A DNA stretch of 64,000 nucleotides, taken from the NCBI RefSeq assembly GCF_009914755.1, contig NC_060947.1. One strand, given 5' to 3'. A program made the position numbers and the translations under genes. The DNA is from the human T2T-CHM13v2.0 reference genome, Homo sapiens. Within the stretch, counting starts at the first letter, position 1, and every line of letters begins with the position of its first letter. A model generated the notes under the pieces. It was not told the DNA's origin. It searched no databases and saw only the letters and a list, made by a program, of their open reading frames with translations. Below, piece by piece: positions 45,214-61,721 of the stretch.

Positions 45214-45366
45214 AATTACATCTTGAAAAGAGAAAGTTTTTAAAACTCATCCTTTTGAGGGAATAAGCAGGGTGCCAGTTTATGGATAATTACACCTCAA
45301 AAAGAGAAAGTTTTAAAAAATCATCCTTTTGAGGGTATAAGCAGGGTGCCAACTTTATAGATAATT
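45214..45366. repeat. ~74-bp tandem duplication (2 copies)
   Basis: aattaca...aaaagagaaagtttt...tcatccttttgaggg.ataagcagggtgcca repeated at 45214 and 45288. Confidence 0.9.
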
Positions 45367-45958
45367 GATTCATCTGTGCAAAAGAATGTACCTTGAAGAG
45401 ACTAGCCATCAGCCACAGTCAGCAGTCACTCATAAGAAAGAACTCCTAACAGATGTCTCTTCTCTTTCTTTTCAAATAGGAAGACAATCCTTCCAATCTT
45501 CCTTTTTCAACTCATATTTCTTCAACACCATGCTATCTGCCAGATACTATAGTAGGCACTGAAAAACTTTTTTCTCTTCCTATTCTTTCTCCATGTCAAG
45601 TCCTACAGAGTGTGGCCATAAATATACTATTTACTGTTTACCACTGCATTGCAAGTTAAAACTGTTTCTTTGAATTCATGTTGTGTTATTTGGTAGAATT
45701 ATAGACAAGTATATATGAAGGGAATACATAGCACTATATTTCATTATGTGGTGTTAGACTTCTTATTGTTGTCATTGCTCTCTGTATAATAATGCTTAAG
45801 GAAAGTATAAAACAAAAGCTCATCTTACATTCCTAGACTTGCAAAACATTTCTCTAAAACAGAAAATATTTCTATTTGTTTTGTTCTCACCTCTGACATC
45901 ATCCATGATTTTCTACTTGGTTGAAGAAATCTCTTAATTTTGTTTCTTACAACAGCAC

Positions 45959-46201
45959 TGTCTTAGTCCTTTCAGGTGGCAATAACAGAATATCACAGAC
46001 TGGGTGACTTATAAACAGTAGTAATATATTTCTCACTGTTGTGAAGGCTAGGAAGTCCAAGAAAAAGATGCTACCATCATCGGTGTCTGGTGAAGGTCTG
46101 CTTCTCAGTTGATAGCCATCTTTTTTACTGTGTCCTCAGATGGTGGAATGGGTGAGGAGGCTCCCTGGAGTCTCATTTATAACAGCACTAATCCAATTCA
46201 T
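45959..46201 (-). mobile_element. MaLR LTR (MLT1A/MSTC-like), truncated
   Basis: tgtcttagtcc...cacagactgggtgacttataaac...ggaagtccaaga...tctggtgaagg...gcactaatcc. Confidence 0.75.
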
Positions 46202-47029
46202 TAGCGAGAGTGGTCCAATATTACTCACCGCTTTGGATGTCCCTTTGTGGTTGCCAAAATGTTACTGGGGGTCCTTGCTCCCAGAGCTCCCAAGATGGTG
46301 GTGGGCCACTTCCAAAATGGCGGCGGGCCACTTCCAAGATGGTGGCAAGTCTCGTGTTCTCTGACCTGGGGTTCTTGGCCTCACAGATACCAAGGAATGG
46401 AATCTTGGGCCATGTGGTGAGTGTTATAGCTCTATTAGAAGTCGTGGGTCATGGAAGAGAACCATGGAACCCAGTGACTAGTGTTCAGCTCGATTAGGAC
46501 CAACCCAGGCACTTAGCCGGGCAGGTACAATGGCAAGCCTTTAGCCCGATCGGGAGTGGCAATGGGCGCCTTGCTGGATCAGGAGCACAGCAGACACCCT
46601 ACCGGATCCGGAGTGATGGAAGTCAGCGGCGGGTCTGCGATGGTGGCAAAACAGCAGTGGTGGACAGTGAGCGAAAGCTCAGCTCCAGCCATAACAAACA
46701 CGCACCAGAAGAGTGCAGTTGCAAGATTTAATAGAGTGAAAACAAAGCTCCCATACCAGGGGAGGGGACCCAAATGGGGTTAGGTTGCAGGCTCCAATGC
46801 CTGGGTTTATATCCCGATCCTTGTCCCTCCCACTGTGCTCTCAGGCAATAGATGCTTGGCTATTTCTTTACCTCCTGTTTTTGCCTAATTAGCATTTTAG
46901 TGAGCTCTCTGATTGGTTGGGTGCGAGCTAAGTTGCAAACCCCATGTTTAAAGGTGGATGTGGTCACCTTCCCAGCTAGGCTTAGGGATTCTTAGTTGGC
47001 CTAGGAAATCCAGCTAGTCCTGTCTCTCA
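46202..47029 (-). mobile_element. HERV-W 5' LTR (LTR17, 46260-47029) plus PBS and ~55 nt of leader
   Basis: Minus strand TGAGAGACAGGACTAGCTGG...CCAAT...TATAAA...ATTAAA...GTAACA, then TGGCAACCACAAAGGGAC and GCG/GTGAGT. Confidence 0.93.
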
Positions 47030-48235
47030 ATATGAGAATAGCTACTCCTCCTTGCTTTTGGTGTCCATTTGCATGGAATATTTTTCCCCTTCTTTACCTT
47101 GTTTATGCGAGTTCTTATGTGTTAGGTGAGTCTCTTCAAGACAAAAAAATACTTGGTGGATTCTTTTCCATTCTGCCATTCTGTATCTTTTAAGTGGACC
47201 ATTTAGGACATTTACATTCAACGATAGTATTGAGACATGAGGTACTATTTTATTCATTGTGATATTTGTTTCCTGAATATCTTGTGTTTTTTAATTATGC
47301 TGTTGTTTTTTAGGTCCTGTGAAATTTATGTTATAAGAAGGTTCTATTTTGTTTTATTTTGATTGTTTCAAGATTTAGAGCTCCTTTTAGCAGTTCTTGT
47401 AGTGCTGGCTTGGTAGTAGCAAATTCTCTCATTGTTTGTCTGATATAGACTTTGTATTTCCTTCATTTATGAAGCTTAGTTTCACTGGATAAACATTTCT
47501 TGGCTGATAATTATTTTGCTTGAGGAAGCTGAAGATAGGATCCCAATCCCTTCTGGTTTGTAGGGTTTCTGCTGAGAAATCTGCTGTTAATCTGATAGGT
47601 TTTTCTTTATAGGTTGCCTGGTGCTTTTGCCTCACAGCTCTTAAGATTCTTTCTTTTGTCTTTACATTAAATAACCCGATGACTATATGTCTAGGTGACA
47701 ATCTTTTTGTGATAGATTTCTGGCTTCTTCTATTTGGATGTCTAGATCTCTAGCAAGGTGGAAAATGTTTTCCTCAATGATTGCCTCAAATATGTTTTCC
47801 AAACTTTCAGATTCCTCTTCCTCTTCAGGAACACCAATTATTTGGGAGTTTAGACATTTAACATAGTCTCAAACTTCTTGGAGGCTTGGTTCATAATTTA
47901 ATTATTTTTTCTTTGTCTTTGATGGATTGGATTAATTCAAAAGCCTTGTCTTCAAGCTCTGAACTTTTTTCTTCTACTTGTTCAATTCTATTGCTGAGAC
48001 TTTCCAGTGTATTTTGCATATCTCTGAGTGTGTCCTTCATTTACTGAAGTTGTGATTGTTTTTTATTTATTTTATCTATTTCTCTGGAAATGTTTTATTT
48101 ATATCCCGTAATATTTTAAAATTTCTTCAGGTTGGTATTCACCTTTCTCTGGTGCCACCTTAAGTAGCTTAATAATCAACCTTCTGAACTGTTTTTATGG
48201 CAATTCAGAGATTTCTTTTTTATTTGGCTCCATTG
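47030..48235 (-). mobile_element. L1PB-class ORF1 and ORF2 N-terminus
   Basis: PRHIVI...KPIRLTADFSAETLQ; HVSILSLNVN. Confidence 0.85.
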
Positions 48236-48882
48236 GTCTGAAATCCACAACCCCATCCCACAAAGCAGCAGCAGCAAACCCTGCCCAAGGAAAGTCTGAG
48301 CTCAGACATGCCTTACCCTGCCCCCACCTCATAATCTTTCTCTACCTGCCCTAGTAGCAGAAGACAAAGAACATAATCTCCTGGAAGCCCTATGGTCCTG
48401 CCCACCACCTGAGAAACTTATCCAGGTGACCCTAGGGCAAGCCTGTGCCCTTCTTATACCACTGCAGCTGATGCTCTCTTGAAAGTACCATCTCCTGGCT
48501 GGAGGAAAACAAACACAAAACCAGTGAACTAAATAAAAATACAACAAAAATTCATGGATGAAAGACCTACAGACTGATCACATCACAGGACTCTTTGCAG
48601 ACATTCCCCAGTACCAGCCCAGAGTTCGATAGCTGTTCTGGGTGGCTATATCCAGAAGAGAAATAACAATCAGTGCAGTTTGGCTCTCAGAATGTCCCAT
48701 CCCTAGGGGAATGGGGAGAACACCACATCAAGGAAGCACTCCGTGGGACAAAAGAATCTGAACAGCAACCTTAAGCTTCAGATCTTCCCTCTGACATAGT
48801 CTACCCAAATGAGAAAAAAACAGAAAAAGAGTTCTGGTAATATAACAAAACAATGTTCTTTAACACCCTAAAACATCACACT
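48236..48882 (+). mobile_element. Inverted 5'UTR / ORF1 start of the same L1PB-class element
   Basis: gcccaaggaaagtctgagctcagac...ctacccaaatgagaaaaaaacagaaaaagagttctggtaatat, ending where the minus-strand part begins in the consensus. Confidence 0.75.
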
Positions 48883-48899
48883 GAGAATAGTAGCACTAT

Positions 48900-49200
48900 T
48901 ATTTATTTATTTTCACAGAACTTTATTTTTATCTCTTGCTTTACTGCTAATGAACATATGAAACATGCAATAAGAGATTCAGTAGAATGGATGTGTTAAC
49001 AATGAGCATCTTTATCTCATTTTCAATCTGAGAGAGAAATTTTTACTAATTCAATATTAAATATAATACCTGCTGAAGAATTTTTATGGATTATTATTGA
49101 GTTAAAAACATTACCTTTTATTCCTTGTTTGCTAAGAGTTTTGTGTATAAATGATGCATGAGTTTTAATGATTTTTATGCTTATATTGAAAATTGTCTCA
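48900..49200 (-). mobile_element. Ancient L1M ORF2 fragment
   Basis: Degenerate gagcatctttatctc...ccttttattccttgtttgctaagagttt. Confidence 0.55.
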
Positions 49201-49498
49201 ACATAAATGTGTGTAGAAAAAGATGACTCTAAAAATGGAATACAGTATGTTAAAAATAACTGTTCTTATTTTATTCAATTATGTTGTTTCACAATATTGA
49301 TCCTGAGTCACAAATGATATAAAAACTGAAAGAATAGATTACTTAAATGAAAATCATGGTCTAACTGAAAGATTTGTGGATACTAAAATATTATTAATTA
49401 TTTTCTGAGGTTTAACCATTCAGGAGAGATGGTTATCTCTTTGTATTCAATAAAACTATTCCCGGAAGATTTCTGGTCTTCCTTTGGTAACCTACAGT

Positions 49499-49998
49499 TG
49501 TAGAAATTTGTATAAAAATGGCTGAAATTATTTCCTTCCCTGCAACCATGCCCATTTGCAATGTGACTTTGTGACTCTTTCCATCAAGATGAGGAGTTTA
49601 TTTCCCTGTCCCTTGAATATTAACAACTCTTAGACTTTGATCAATAGAATGTGGCTGAAATTATAATGTGTCATTTTCCAGCCTCGATCTTGAGAGGACT
49701 TGCACAATCTTGCACTCTTTTAGAACTCTGCTCAGCTATCTGGTGAATAGTTTGACAGCTTTCCGGATGATGACAGGCATATAACCCAGTTGCTTGTTTT
49801 CTTCCCTGAGAGCCAGCCAAACGCAAAAAGTAAAACTACCTACCTGATTTATAGTTGACTGCCAAGGACAGAAGTACAGTCTAGTTTGAATTCAGCCAAA
49901 ATTGCTAATCCGTAAAATCATAAACTAAATAAATAGTTGTTATTTTAAACCACTAAGTTTGGGGGTGGTTTAATATGCAGAATAAGCTATATGCTACA
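49499..49998 (+). mobile_element. MLT1G/H-type solo LTR
   Basis: ttgcaatgtgacttt...ccatcaaga...cccttgaat...aataaatagttgttattttaaaccactaagtttgggggtgg. Confidence 0.7.
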
Positions 49999-50029
49999 TC
50001 TGTATGAAATATCAGTTTGTTTTTATCCC

Positions 50030-50240
50030 AGAATTTATTCACCCAGCCAGTTACTTATTTGACTAATGGAAAAAACACCTCTTATGTACTAGCCACATTT
50101 TTATGTACTGGGATTGAGCACTAAACAAAACAGAAACCGTACCTTCATCATTCTGAGACTTGTGAACAGAGGCAGAAAATAAAGAACATAAAAAGTAAAA
50201 TATCTAATATCCTAGATGGTTGTAGATGCAATTATTATAT
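50030..50240 (-). mobile_element. L2 3' end fragment
   Basis: ttattcacc...cacctcttatgtactag...aaacaaaacagaaa. Confidence 0.5.
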
Positions 50241-51262
50241 TAGGTGGTGAGGATTTTTTTGTGTAAAATTAAAGAGAAAAAATAAAAATAGAGTAAGAAG
50301 TGGGATTAGGAAAATGTTTTCTTCCTTTGAGAGAAATAGCAGCATGTTTAAATATTGGTTAGGAAGCTCTAGCAGAGAGACAAAAAATTGGTGACACAAA
50401 AAATATGACACTAATTTATCCCCGCTGTAGTAAGAATGCAAGAGGAGCCTGTTTTCCACAGAATACTAATAGGAGAAATGCACTTCTGGCCTGGTCAAAA
50501 TGGCCAACAGCTATTTGGTTTGTATTTCAACTGTGCTCATGTAGAAAGAGAGAATAAAGTTTTTAAAAAAGAGGTGAAAAAGAGTAGAAGAAAATCCCTC
50601 ACACACTTGCTTTTCATACTACTTGGCAGTTGCACAATATGTGCTCAGTCCATATGCTGCATTCAGAGACTGTGTGCTCAAAGGGGCTCTAATGACATGG
50701 CAAATAATTATATGACTATGCAGCTGTCTGACTTCATCCCTACTCTCCCTTCAGCTAGCTTTCAATCTTACTAATCTGTGATTATAATCAGCAAATACTT
50801 TGAGACACAATGGGCGCACTGGAGCTTCAGAGTAATACTATAATAGTAACAATATCACCTTACCCAAGCTGCCTCAACAGTGCCAGGGACACAAGATAAA
50901 CCCATAAGCTTGGGAAATAAGATGTCAGCCTACTAATTAGGAAGACAGGAATTGGTTTCTGACTCATCCACTGACTCACTCTGCCCTCAGCAAGTCACAT
51001 TGTCTCCCTTGGCATTATCATCATTACAAAGAATAAGATGACTTCTGCCTTCTTAGATATATTGACAATTTACACATATTCAGAAGCTCTAAAAATGTGA
51101 GAGAAAAATGCCTTATACTTTAAGGTAATAAAGTTAGTTTGTTTTTTGTTTGTTTGTTTGTTTTGTTATAGCAGTTTGTTTTCATGTTAGGCAGATGACA
51201 AGTGGATAAAATTCCCCCTTTTTTCTGGAATGACATCAAGCCATTGAAATATAAAACTCTCA

Positions 51263-57058
<5,796 letters not shown>

Positions 57059-57609
57059 GAAATATAAAACTCTCAAGTGTTACCTTCAAAATTTTCTCTT
57101 TTGGTGGGTTGGTACTAAAGTATAACGTGGGAGGCGTTGGCCTAGAAAGCTTTTCCCTCCTGGTTCTGCCATCTCCATCAACTCTAAATACTACTAGAAA
57201 CAATAATTTTTATTTTAATCTAATTGATTTCTCCTCAGTTCTACAGAACACAGCCATGTCAACTCAAAGCAAAAGCAACCACTTACCAGGAAGCTCAGGT
57301 CGTTAAATTTACTTCTGGGCCTTGCTATAGCTTTATAGAGCCTTCTATCAATTCAAAGTTCCGCTCTTTATACCCTTCCAAACAAAAAGGAAATATGCTA
57401 TGCATGTAGCGTATTTCTGTTTATTTCTTCATTCATTAATTAAACAATATTTCTGAGAAGCTACTATGTTTAAAGCATGATGCCAAGGACAAAATAGTAA
57501 GACACACCTTGTCTTATCCTCTTAGAGCACACTAAGCTAGCAAAGTGAAGACATGAACTAGATTTATTAGTATATTTTGCATGTGGAAGAAAGGAAAATA
57601 AACATTTAG

Positions 57610-57985
57610 AGGAGTGTATATGCCCTCTCATTTCCATATGACTTTCAATACCTTTCTGTGGAGAAGGTATACTTCCTTGCCCCATTGACATCACTTTCGG
57701 CTATGTGTGTGGCTGAAGAAATATGTGCAGTACTGACAGTTTGCCAAATTTTAAAGAAAAGCTCTAAAAGCCAGCATGTGGTTTCATGTGGTTTCATCAG
57801 TTCTCTTGCCTTTCCCTTCCACCATGAGAGTAGTAGGTCCTGGTTGGGGGTCGCTCCTTAGCCTGGATCCAGAAAGGAAGAAATCATGTGGAACAGAAGC
57901 AGAATTGCAGTCAACCTGCAGCCAACATGTAAAGCAAGTGAGAAGTAAATGCCTGTCATCTCCATGTGTCTATAAAAGATATTTG
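57610..57985 (+). mobile_element. Old MLT1 (I/J/K-like) LTR
   Basis: cttgccccattgac...aaagccagcatgtggtttc...agcctggatcc...gtgagaagtaaatg. Confidence 0.55.
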
Positions 57986-58354
57986 TTTTCATATTCAAGA
58001 ATTTTTTTACGCTTTTGAAGTGAAATAACCTAATTTACAATAAAGAGAAAAAGACATTGAACTTTGAGTGGTGAAGTTTGATACATGTCTCTTTATGATA
58101 CAAATTGCCATAAGACAAAATTTATCATGGTTTGTAACCAATGAGAAATTTCAAAAGGGTGGTATAATCTGTAATGAGAATAAAGATATTAAGGGTCAAT
58201 ATAATATAAGCAATAGATTTTATGGGTGCCATAATAACTTTTTTTTTCACAGTACTCCTTATTAGGTAAAATATAATTTTGGCCTAGAATTTAAAACTAT
58301 TGTATTAATAATATTTTTCTGAATTTGCCCTTATTGTGGAATATTGTAGACATT

Positions 58355-58780
58355 ATTCAACGTTACAGCTGAAAGAAACACTAGAGATTACTTAGTTCCA
58401 GCCTTTCATTTGATGATTAAAGGAACTGGTGGAGGGTAGTAGAATAAGTTACTTAACTAAAATTGCGTAGTCATTTATGACAAAGCTATGATTCTAGACC
58501 TTCTGACTCCGAGTCTAATTTTCTTCTAAATACACTGTACTGCCTTCATCACAGAGTGTCATAGTTGGGAGCATATGAAAATAAGAGTACTATATGCCAG
58601 TATTGTACTAAACATTTTACATACACAATCCCATTGAATCCTTAAAATAACTCATTTTACCAAGGAGTGGACAGATTAATGAGGTTAACTAACAAGCCCA
58701 ATAACTGATAATTAGTCAGTGTCTGAGTAGAGATAGAAATCTGGGCAATCTAGCTCTTGAATCAGTTTTCTAAACTACAG
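58355..58780 (-). mobile_element. Two MIR/MIR3 fragments
   Basis: ttagttccagcctttcattt...ctagaccttctgactcc; tactatatgccag...gaggttaactaac. Confidence 0.6.
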
Positions 58781-59744
58781 GGAAAGAAAAGAATATAATA
58801 ATATTGAGATGAGGGAAAGACTGGGTACATAATTGGCAATCAAAAAAGTTATTATTTTTTTAAAATTAGTGCTTGTATCAAAGCATCCACAGTCCTAAGT
58901 TCATCTGTAAAATATCACACATAATATATTCGACTCCTTTGAGGCCCTTGGACTCAGTTTACAAGAGCCAAGCCTATTTTAGTCCCATGAGGTACTGAGC
59001 AGACAATGGCAAATTATGTGAAACTCTGAAAGGCAAATTTGTCTAGAGCCCTCAGCTCCCTATCCCAGGAAGAGCTGTACTATGAGCATATTCTGAGTGC
59101 TGCGATCCTCTCAATACTTTTACTAAATGAAACAAACATCTAGCAAGGATTTATAGGAAAGCAGAATTACTAGGTCACAGTAATTTTGTGGAAATTTTGT
59201 GAATATTTTCAGTATATTCTCTTCCCCTTAGGCTGCGATAGAAGGTGGAGCCCAGCTGAAGGGCGTGCTGAAGGCTTAGTCTCAGTTGATATTATTATCA
59301 CAGTTTCCACTTCTCAGGGCTCTTTTGCCCAGAGGACTCTGCCTAAACACTCTCATCATGGCTTGGCATGAAACTTCAATAAGTATTTATTAATGAAATG
59401 ACTGTGTAACTTAGGCAGTTGGAAATGTTTTATTTCACTTGGCCTAAGTATCATTAGCACAATTGTGCAGAGTAAGTGAAGAAGAAAATGTAGGTTGACA
59501 GTAAAACCCCTCAAGGATGTCTTTCTCCCATTATCCAGGGAAGGCCATGTGAGAAACTGACAATCTGAATGGCACAATTTTGTCACCCAGGTGCTTTTCC
59601 CATTTGCTTGCCTTATTCTAAGGAGAGCTGTATTCAAGTTCCATGACAGTTACTGATCTTGCTTGACAATTACCCTTGTGCCTAAGAGATATATACACAG
59701 GTTAGCATGGCCTGTACTATGTTACGAATGCCATGAAGTCATTT

Positions 59745-60710
59745 AGTGTCTAAAGCCTAGATCATAAGCTTTAGAGTCTGCCAGACCTAGGTTTAATTCC
59801 TATCTCTATCCCCTATTTACTTTATTACCATGAGGAAAATTATTTAACATGCCTGAAACTTTGTTCCTTTTGTGTACAATGGGGGAAGAAGTAATGCCTA
59901 CATCTCGAAAAACTGTTCATTCATTCAACAAAAATTTGAGACTCTGCCCAGTACCAGATACACAGAAGAACAGAAAGATAAATAAATTGTATAGTGTATT
60001 AAGAGATGAAAAATGCTATGGAAAAATAAATTATAAAACAGTGTAAGAGATGGGTAGTGTTAGGGTGGGAGTTGGAAATACAGAGTTCTTTAAAATAAGA
60101 AAGTCAGGGTGGGCCTTTGGTGAATAAAGACAGAAACTATGTTCTTTACTTTTAATGAAAAAAGTGAGCCAGTGTTGGGTACTGAGCAGGGGAGTGACAT
60201 GATCAACCTTACCTTAAAAAATTAATTCTGGCTCTTATGTTGAGTATAGATTGTAAGAGGGAAGAGTAATAAGGAAATCAGTGAAGAAGCTATTGACCTA
60301 ACACACGTAAGAGATGATAGTGGCTCTAACATTGGAACAGGTTGGTAGTAGTGGATGTTATAGGTGGTCAGATGATAGATAATTTTATAGGCAGAGGAAG
60401 ACACTGAGTGTTTTCATCTGAGCAACTGGAAGGATGAAATTTCTATCAAATGAGATAGGGAAGGTTATGGGTGGAACGGGTGTATGTGTGGAAAGAAAGA
60501 TCAAGGGTTCAGTTTGGAGGCATTGAGTCTGAGATGCCTACTGAACATCGAAGGGGAAAGTACAGTAGGCAGCCAGCTGAATGGATCTGGAGTTCAGATA
60601 AGAAAATTTTGCTGAAGATATAAATTTGGAATGTTATGAGGATTAAATGAGACAGTGTAAGTAAAGCACTAAAAGCAACATGTGATTCATAATAAACATT
60701 CAATATATAT
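59745..60710 (+). mobile_element. MIR (+; 59745-59914 and ~60630-60710) split by an antisense L2 3' segment (59915-60630)
   Basis: MIR core ends at aatgcctacatctc and resumes tgttatgaggattaaatgag; the intervening sequence starts ttcattcattcaac (L2 tail). Confidence 0.65.
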
Positions 60711-60929
60711 TAGATTAAAAGTGTGTCATTATAACATCAAAAATTATAATTCCCACTACCTGTCTAGCACAGTGACTGGTACTTAGTTGGTGTCATATAT
60801 GTACATGAAGTAACCAAAGAGTAATATTTCAAGCTATGGTATATATGGGTGATTTTGGGGAGTGCCACACAGGAAGTAACCATAATGTATTTTTTCACTT
60901 CAATGCAAATTTATTAATTGGTCATTTAT

Positions 60930-61715
60930 ATTTTTAATTTTTATTATTTTTTCATCTTCGTGGCTACATAGTAGCTGTATATATTTATGGGATACATGAG
61001 ATATTTTGGTATAGAGATGCAATGTGTAATAATCACATCATGGAAAAATGGGTATCCATCTCCTCCAGCATTTATCCTTTGTGCTACAAACAACTCAATT
61101 ATAATATTTTAGTTATATTAAAATGTACAGTTTAATTATTATTGATGATAATCCTCCTGGTGTGCTATGAAATACTAGGTTTCATTCATTTTAACTATTC
61201 TTTTGTACCCATTAACCATTTGCACCTTTTTCCCACTCCACCTCCATTTACTACCCTTCCCTTCCTCTGGTAACTATCCTTCTATTCTCTATCTTTATGA
61301 GTTCAATTGTTTTAATTTTAGATTCCATAAATCAGTGAGAATATGTGATGTTTGTCTTTCTGTGCCTAGCTTACTTCACTTAACATAGTGAACTTTAGTT
61401 TCATCCATGCTGTTGCAAATAACTGTTTATCATTCCTTTTTAGGGCAGAATAGTACTCCATTGTATATATGTACCATATTTTCTTTATCTATTCATCCAT
61501 TGATGGACACTTGTGTTGTTTTCAAACCTTAGCTATTGTAAACAGTGCTCAACAAACATAGGAGTGTAGATATCTCTTTGATATACTGATTTCCTTTTTT
61601 TTAAGGTATAGACACAGCAGTGGGGTTGCTGGATCATATGGTACCTTTATTTTTGTTTCTTTTTGAGCAATCTCTAAACTGTTCTCCATAGTAGTTGTAC
61701 TAATGAACATTTCCT
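60930..61715 (-). mobile_element. L1MA-type 3' end
   Basis: gtggctacatagtagctgtatatatttatgggatacatgagata...aataatcacatcatggaaaaatggg. Confidence 0.85.
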
Positions 61716-61721
61716 CTGACA

